From NCBI RefSeq assembly GCF_009914755.1, contig NC_060933.1: 64,000 bases of DNA. One strand, written 5' to 3'. Each line of letters opens with the position of its first letter. Positions within the stretch are counted from its first letter, which is position 1. The notes under the pieces are model-generated. The model made no database searches. It had not been told where the DNA came from and was given only the letters and a program-made list of their open reading frames with translations. This stretch comes from the human T2T-CHM13v2.0 reference genome, Homo sapiens. This document shows, in pieces, positions 52,273 through 64,000 of the stretch. Made by a program: the position numbers and the translations under genes.

Positions 52273-52468
52273 TCTGTATTTTCAAATAACTTGTCTTGAA
52301 GCTCACTAATTCTGCTTGATCAATTCTGATATTAATAGACTCTGATGCATCCTTATGTTGTCAGTTGCATTTTTCAACTTCAGAATTTCTGCTTTTATAA
52401 TAAGAAATTATAAAGTAAGAATAATTAAAATAAATATTATAAATAAATTATAAGAATAATTAAAACTT

Positions 52469-52760
52469 GGCTGGGCACGGTGGCTCATGCCTGTAATCCC
52501 AGCACTTTGGGAGGCCGAGGCAGGTGGATCACTTGAGGCCAGGAGTTTGAGACCAGCCTGGCCAACACGGCAAAACCCCATCTCTACTAAAAATACAGAA
52601 AAATTAGCCGGGCATGGTGGTGCACGTCTGTAGTCCCAGCTACTCAGGAGGCTAAGGCATGAGAATCACTTCAACCAGGGAGGCAGTTTGCAATGAGCCG
52701 CGATTGCACCACTGCATTCCAGCCTGGGCGAGAAAGAGACTGTCTCAAAAAAAAAGAAAA
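52469..52760 (+). mobile_element. AluS, right breakpoint of the inversion
   Basis: Sense Alu whose head flank matches the other Alu's tail flank. Confidence 0.92.
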
Positions 52761-52984
52761 GAAAATATACAGTCAGAGAAGGCAAAAAAAGGAATAAAAA
52801 TGAAGCACAGCTGGGCACAGTGGCTGACGCGTGTAATCCCAACATTTTGGGAAGCTGAGGTGGGCAGATCACCTAAGGTCAGGAGTTCGAGACCAGCCTG
52901 GCCAACATGGTGAAATCTTGTCACTACTAAAAATACAAAACTTAGCCAGGTGTGGTAGTGCATGCCTATAATCCCAGCTACTCA

Positions 52985-53281
<297 letters not shown>

Positions 53282-54079
53282 TTATAGAATACCAAGCAGA
53301 TTTAACCCGAAGAAAACTACCTCAAGGCACTTAATAATCCAACTCTCAAAGGTCAAGGACAAAGAAAGGATACTAAAAGCATCAAGAGAAAACAAACAAA
53401 TAACATACAAGGGAGCTCCAATACTTCTGGCAGCAGATTTTTCAGTGGAAACATTATAGGCCAGGAAAGAGTGGCATGACATATTTAAAGTGCTGAAGGG
53501 GAAAACAAAAATTACCCTAGAATAGTATGTCTGGAGAAAATAGCCTTCAAACATGAAGGAGAAATACTTTCCCAAACAGGCTGGGTGCAGTGGTTCATGC
53601 CTGTGAGTCCTAGCTACTCAGGAGGCTGAGGCAGGAGAATCATTTGAACCTGGAGGGCAGAGGTTGCAGTGAGCAGAGATCACATCAATACACTCCAGTC
53701 CGGGCGACAGAATGAGACTCTGTCTCAAAAAAAAAAAAAAAAAAAAGAAGAAGAAAAGGAAAAGAAATACTTTCCAAAACAAACAACAGCTGAGAGATTT
53801 CATCAACACCAGATCTTTCCTACAAGAAATGCTAAAGGGAATACTTCAGTCAGAAAGAAAAGGATGTTAATGAGCAAAAAGAAATCACCTGAAGATGCAA
53901 AACTCACTGGTAATAGTAAGTATACAGAAAAAGACAGACTATTGGCCGGGCGCAGAGGCTCACACCTGTAATCCCAGCACTTTGGGAGGCCAAGGCAGGC
54001 AGATCACTTGAGGTCAGGAGTTTGAGACCAGCTTGGCCAACATGGTGAAACCCCATCTCTACTAAAAATGCAAAACTTA

Positions 54080-54307
<228 letters not shown>

Positions 54308-54768
54308 CTACCAAAAATGCAAAAATTAGCTGGGTGTGGTGGCACACGCCTGTAATCTCAGCTACTCGGGAGGCTGAGGCAGAAGAATCACTTGAACCCG
54401 GGAGACAGAGGTTGCAGTGAGCTAAGATTGTGCCACTGGCACTCCAGCCTGGGCGATAGACTGAGACTCTGTCTCAAAAAAAAAAAAAAAAAAGCAGAGG
54501 GACAAAGTTAGAGTTATTAGTTTTCTTTTTGCTTGTAAGTTTATTTGTTTATGCAAACAGTGTTGAGTTGTTATCAGCTTAAAATAATGGGTTAAAAGTA
54601 TTTGCAAGCCTCAGGATAATATGAAATCAGAAAACATGCAACAGATACACAAAAAATAAAAAGCAAGAAATTAAATCATACCACAGAGAAAATTACCTTC
54701 ACTAAAAGGAAGACAGGAAGGAAGAAAAGAAGGAAGAGAAGACCACAAAACAACCAGAAAACAAATAA

Positions 54769-55013
<245 letters not shown>

Positions 55014-55141
55014 TAGCCAGGATGGTCTTGATCTCCTGACCTCAAGATCCACCCACCTCAGCCTCCCAAAGTGCTGGGATTACAGGCGTGAGCCACTGTG
55101 CCTGGTATAACATTGAATGTTAAGGGACCAAACTCACCAAT

Positions 55142-55527
55142 TTTGTTAGTCTGTCCTCATACTGCTATAAAGATCTACCTGAAACTGGATAGTTTATGAA
55201 GAGAATAGGTTTAATTGACTCACAGTTCCTCAGGCTGTACAGGAAGCATGTCTGGGAAGCCTCAGGAAACTTAGAATTATGGCAGAAGGTGAAAGGGAAA
55301 CAAGCACTTCTTACCACGGTGGAGCAGGAGGAAGAGAAAGAACAAAGTGGGAGGTGCTGCACACTTTTAAAGCAACCATCTAATAAGAACTCATTCACTA
55401 TCATGAGAACAGCAAGGGGGAAGTTCACCCCTTGATCCAATCACCCCACACCGGGCCTCTCCTCCAACATGTGGGGATCACAATTCAACATGAGATTTGG
55501 GTGGGGACGCAGAGCCAAACCCTATCA
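55142..55527 (-). mobile_element. THE1D-like MaLR solo LTR
   Basis: Ends ttagtctgtcctcatactgctataaaga and gagccaaaccctatca; 5-bp TSD CCAAT (55137-55141, 55528-55532). Confidence 0.85.
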
Positions 55528-56209
55528 CCAATCAAAAGACTTAGAGTGGGCCAGGTGCGGTGGCTCACGCCTGTAATTCCAGCACTTTGAGAGGCCGAGG
55601 CAGGCAGACTGCTTGAGGTCAGGAGTTTGAGACCTGGCCAACATGGTGAAACCCCATCTCTACTAAAAACATAAAAAATTAGCCAGGCACGGTGGCGCAT
55701 GCCTGTAATCCTAGGTACTCGGGAGGCTGAGGCATGAGAATTGGTTGAGCCTGGGAGGCAGAGGTTGCAGTGAGCCAAGATCATGCCACTGCACATTCCA
55801 GCCTGGGCAACAGAGTGAGAATCCATCTAAAAAAAAAAAAAAGACACACATAGACTGAAAATAAAGGGATGGAAAAAGATATTCCATGCCAATGGAAACC
55901 CAGAAAAGAGCAGGAGTAGCTATACTTAGACAAAATAGATTTCAAGACAAAAACTATAAGAAGAGACAAAGAAGGCCATTATATAATGATAAATGGGTCA
56001 ATTCAGTAAGAGGATATAACAATTGCAAATATGTATGCACCTAACACAGGAGGACCCAGACAAAATTAATACAAACCAATTTACTAGTGTTAAAGAGAGT
56101 GATAGACCCCAATATAATAAGAGCTGGTGACTTCAACACCCCACTTTTAGCACCAGACTGATCTTCCAGACAGAAAGCCAATCAACAAACATTGGACTTC
56201 ATCTACACT

Positions 56210-56721
56210 TGTTGGGAGCAGGCCGCCCAAAATCTGGCCATAAACTGGCCCCAAAACTGGCCATAAACAAAATCTCTGCAGCACTGTAACATGTTCATAA
56301 CGGCCCTAACGCCCACACTGGAAGGTTGTGGGTTTACGGGAATGAGGGCAAGGAACACCTGGTCTGCCCCGGGTGGAAAACTGCTTAAAGGCATTCTTAA
56401 GCCACAAACAACAGCATGAGCGATCTGTGCCTTAAGGACATGCTCCTGCTGCAGTCAACTAGCCCAACCTATTCCTTTAATTTGGTCCATCCCTTCGTTT
56501 CCCATAAGGGATACTTTAGTTAATTTAATATCTATAGAAACAATGCTAATGACTCTTTTGCTGTTAATAAATATGTGGGTAAATCTCTGTTCAGGGCTCT
56601 CAGCTCTGAAGGCTGTGAGACCCCTGATTTCCCACTTCACACCTCTATATTTGTGTGTGTGTGTCTTTAATTCCTGTAGCACCGCTGGGTTAGGGTCTCC
56701 CCGACCGAGCTGGTCTCAGCA
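56210..56721 (+). mobile_element. MER9 solo LTR (HERV-K HML-3/HERVK9)
   Basis: TG...CA ends, 512 bp, tgttgggagca...tggccataaactggccccaaaac...ccgagctggtctcagca; internal AATAAA; 6-bp TSD TACACT (56204-56209, 56722-56727). Confidence 0.92.
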
Positions 56722-58875
56722 TACACTATAACCAAATGTGACCAAAATGGATGGTACTGGCATTAAAACAGACACATAGACCAGTGGAACAGAATAGAGA
56801 ACCCAGAAATAAATTCATACATCTGCAGTAAACTCATTTTTGACAAAAGTGCCAAGAACATACATTGGAGAAAGTATGGTCTCTTCAATAAATACTGCTA
56901 GGAAAACTGGACATCCATATGCAGAAGAATGAAACTAGATCCCCATCTCTCATCATATATAAAAATCAAATCAAAATGGATGAAAGACTTAAATCTGAGA
57001 CCTCAAACTATGAAATTAATACAAGAAAACACTGGGGAAACTCTACAGGACACTGGACTGGGCAAAGATTTCTTGAGTAAAAGCCCACAAGCACAAGCAA
57101 CCAAAGCAAGAATGGACACATCAAATTAAAAAGCTTCTGCACAGCAAAGGAAACAACAAAGCAAAGTGAAAAGACAACTCACAGAATGGGATAAAATATT
57201 TGCAGAACTACCCATCTGACAAGGGACTAAGGAGAATATATAAGAAACTCAAACAACTCTGTAGGAAAAAAAAATCTAATCAATTAAAAATGGGCAAAAG
57301 ATCCGAATAGACATTTCTCAAAAGAAGACATGCAGGCTGGGCGCGGTGGGTCACGCCTATAATCCCAGCACTTTGGGAGGCTGAGGCAGGTGGATCACGA
57401 GGTCAGGAGTTCAAGACCAGCCTGGTCAACATAGTGAAACACCGTTCTACTAAAAATACAAAAAATTAGCCGGGCATGGTGGCGGGTACCTGTAATCCCA
57501 GCTGCTCAGGACGCTGAGGCAGGAGAATTGCTTGAACCTGGGAAGTGGAGGTTGTAGTGAGCGGAGATCACACCACTTCACCCCAGCCTGGGCAACAGTG
57601 TAAGACTCTGTCTCAGAAAAAAAAAAAAAAAGAAGAAGACATGTAAATGGGAAACAGGTATATGAAAAGGTGCTTAACATCGTTGATCACCAGAGAAATA
57701 CAAATCAAAACCACAGTGAGATATCATCTCATTCCTAATTAAAATGGCTTTTATCCAAAAGACAGGCAAAAACAAACGCTGGTGAGGATGTGGAGAAAAA
57801 GGGAACCCTCATACACTGTTGGTGGGAATGTAAATTAGTACAATCTCTATAGACAACACTTGGGAGGTTCCTCAAAAAAACAAAAAAAGAGCTACCATAT
57901 GATCCAGCAGTTCCACTCCTAGATATATACCCAAAAGAAAGGAAATCAGTAGATAAAAAAATATCTGCACTCCTGTTTATGGCAGCGTTATTCACAATAG
58001 CCAAGATTTGGAAGCAACCTAAGTGTCCATCAACTGACAAATGGATAAAGGGAATGTGGTACGTATGCACAATGGAATACTATTCACCATAAAAAAAAGA
58101 AATTGATCCTGTCATTTACAACAACGTAGATGGAGCTGGAGGTCATTATGTTAAGTGAAATAAGGCAGGCACAGAAATACAAACTTTGGGCTGGGTGCGG
58201 TGGCTCACGCCTGTAATTCTAGCACTTTGGGAGACTGAGGCAGGTGGATCACCTGAGGTCAGGAGTTCAAGACCAGCCTGGCCAAAATGATGAAACCCCG
58301 TCTATACTAAAAATACAAAAATTACCCAGGTATGGCGGTGCATGCCTGTAATCCCAGCTACTCAAGAGGCTGAGGCAGGGAAATTGCTCGAACCCAGGAG
58401 GCGGAGTTTGCAGTGAGCCAAGATTGAGACACTGTACTCCAGCCTGGGCGACAGAGTAAGACTCTGTCTCAAAAAAAAAAAAAAAAAAAGAAAAGAAATG
58501 AAATACAAACAGCATGTTGTTTCTTATTTGTGGGAGCTAAAAATCATGGAGATAGACAGGAGAAGGATGATTACCAGAGACTGGGAATAGGGGGAGGAGG
58601 AAGGGAGGAAGTGTGAATGGTTAATGGGTACCGAAAAGGTAGAATGAGTAGGCCAGGTGTGGTGACTCACATCTGTAATCCCAGCACTCTGGGAGGCCAA
58701 GGGGAGAGGATGGCTTGAGCCCAGGAGTTTGAGACCAGCCTGGGCAACATAGGGAGACCCCATCTCTATTTTTAATTAAATAAAAAAAGAATGAATAAGA
58801 CCTAGTATTTGCTAGCACAACAGTGTGACTACAGTCAAAAATAATTTCATAGTACATTTAAAAATAACCAAAAGT

Positions 58876-59179
<304 letters not shown>

Positions 59180-59328
59180 TTATAACACAAAGGATAAATG
59201 CTTGTGGGGATGGATACCCCATTTACCCTGATGTGATTAGTATGTATTGCATGCCTGTATCAAAACATCTCACGTACCCATAAATAAGCACATCTAGTAT
59301 GTACTCACAAAAATTAAAAATAAATACA

Positions 59329-60910
<1,582 letters not shown>

Positions 60911-61140
60911 TAAAAAAAGAAAGAAAAAAAAAAAAAAGACTGACTTCCCTGTAAAAGAATGAATTCTGCCAGACGACTGCTTTCAGACTTGAACTGCAAC
61001 ATCGACTCTTTCGTGGGACTTCAGCCTGCTGGCCTACCCTGCAGATTCTGGACTTGCCAGGCTCCACAATCACGTGAGTCAATTCCTTGAAACAAATCTC
61101 TGTGTCTGTGCCCCTCTTTATCTGTCTCACTCTCAGTCTC

Positions 61141-61605
61141 TATGTATGTATATATACATATATGTACCTATGTGTATGTATAGATACATATGTGTACATA
61201 TGTGTATGTATATACATACGTGTATGCATGTGTATGTATATATACATATGTGTATGTGCATGTATATATATACACATATGTGTGTATGTGTATATGCATG
61301 TATGTATACATGTGTATATATGTATGTATGCATGCATACACGTATGTATGCACGTATCCATACACGTATGTATGTGCCTATGTATATGCATGTATGCATA
61401 CATGCACATGCATGTGTATATATATGTGTATGCACATATACATATGTATATACATGCATGCACATATATGCATGTATGTATGCATGTATGTGCATATGCA
61501 CATGTATACATATATGTATATATTTGTGCATGCATGTATATGCATATACATACATGTATATATGTATTATACATGTATATATACACATTCACAGAGATAT
61601 ACACA
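61141..61605. repeat. Compound purine-pyrimidine microsatellite (TG/TA/CA)n
   Basis: ~465 bp of near-strict RY alternation. Confidence 0.95.
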
Positions 61606-61607
61606 TT

Positions 61608-61945
61608 ACTATGGACTATGTATTTGTGTCCCCTCAGAACTTCATGTTGAAGCCCTAACCCCAAGTGTGGCTATATTTGGAGTAGAGGCCTCTAAGGAAC
61701 TAATTAAGTTAAATAAGGTAATATGGGGTAGAGCCTAGATCCAATATGATTAGTGCCCTTATAAGAGACATAAGAGAAAAGGCCATGTGAGGACAGAGTG
61801 AAGGTGGCCATCTGCAAACCAAGAAGAGAGCCCTCACTAGAACCAAATCAGCTGGAACCTTAATCTTGAACTTCTAACCTCTAGTACAGTGAGAAAATTA
61901 ATTTCTGCTGTTTAAGCCACCCAATCCATGGTGTTTTGTTCCCCA
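61608..61945 (+). mobile_element. MLT1A/B-like MaLR LTR
   Basis: tttgtgtcccctcagaacttcatgttgaagccctaacccc...ggccatctgcaaaccaagaagagagccctca...tttctgctgtttaagccaccc. Confidence 0.8.
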
Positions 61946-62310
61946 GCATATGGATATATATACATGTATACATATTATGCATCTTCTATTGATTCTGTTT
62001 CTCTGGAGAACCCTGACTAGAACAATACAGTCCTTCTAGGTCTTTCTTGGCCATCATCTATTGAGTTTCCCCTTGGTGGTTCTAAACCTCTCCTCTCTTT
62101 TCTACTGGTTCTCACTTTACTGGAGCAATTGAGTCCCTCAGAGTTGTCCTCAGCCTTGTCTCTGCCTCTAAAATCCTCCCTCCTTAGCCCATCCTTCCCA
62201 CCACCTCTCCTTCTTCTATGACTTCAACCTCTATCTTCGGCATACAAATGTATTCAAGCATTCAAGTCTCTCTTACCTAAACATCACCCCAACCTTAGAG
62301 CCCTCTCTAG

Positions 62311-63890
<1,580 letters not shown>

Positions 63891-64000
63891 TTCCATCCCT
63901 CAACCTAGTGCAAACTGATTTCCACTCCTGGCATCCACTGACATCTCTCTCACCAAGGTGACCAGGGAACTTGATGGCCAAGAGCATCTGCTCAGCTCTC

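Noticed and set aside
61074-61738. Long C/M/Y/V/H-rich ORFs (150-194 aa) on both strands
   Set aside because: Artefact of the RY microsatellite: strict purine-pyrimidine alternation cannot form stop codons

Overview
Human/primate genomic DNA that I recognise as the RECK-GLIPR2-CCIN interval (9p13.3); this identification comes from the proteins and synteny I recall, not from a search. The window holds: the last ~450 nt of an upstream 3'UTR (RECK); the complete five-exon GLIPR2/GAPR-1 gene (154 aa, with all splice junctions and phases reconstructed by hand); a gene-less CpG island with CTCF-like motifs; the intronless spermatid BTB-Kelch gene CCIN (588 aa); and a dense field of Alu, L1, ERV-LTR and DNA-transposon relics. 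I see no new multi-gene biological system. The strongest unexplained structure is a small Alu-Alu recombination inversion inside an old L1 (51947-52771), supported by swapped target-site duplications (TSDs) and a reversed ORF1 fragment. Other notable points are multi-layer nested insertions, alternative GLIPR2 splice sites that would remove the myristoylation signal or His103, a stop-free 291-nt exon 2-4 circle, a perfect CArG box in the GLIPR2 promoter and a CRE-like site before CCIN. Repeat subfamily names and repeat boundaries are by eye and approximate.
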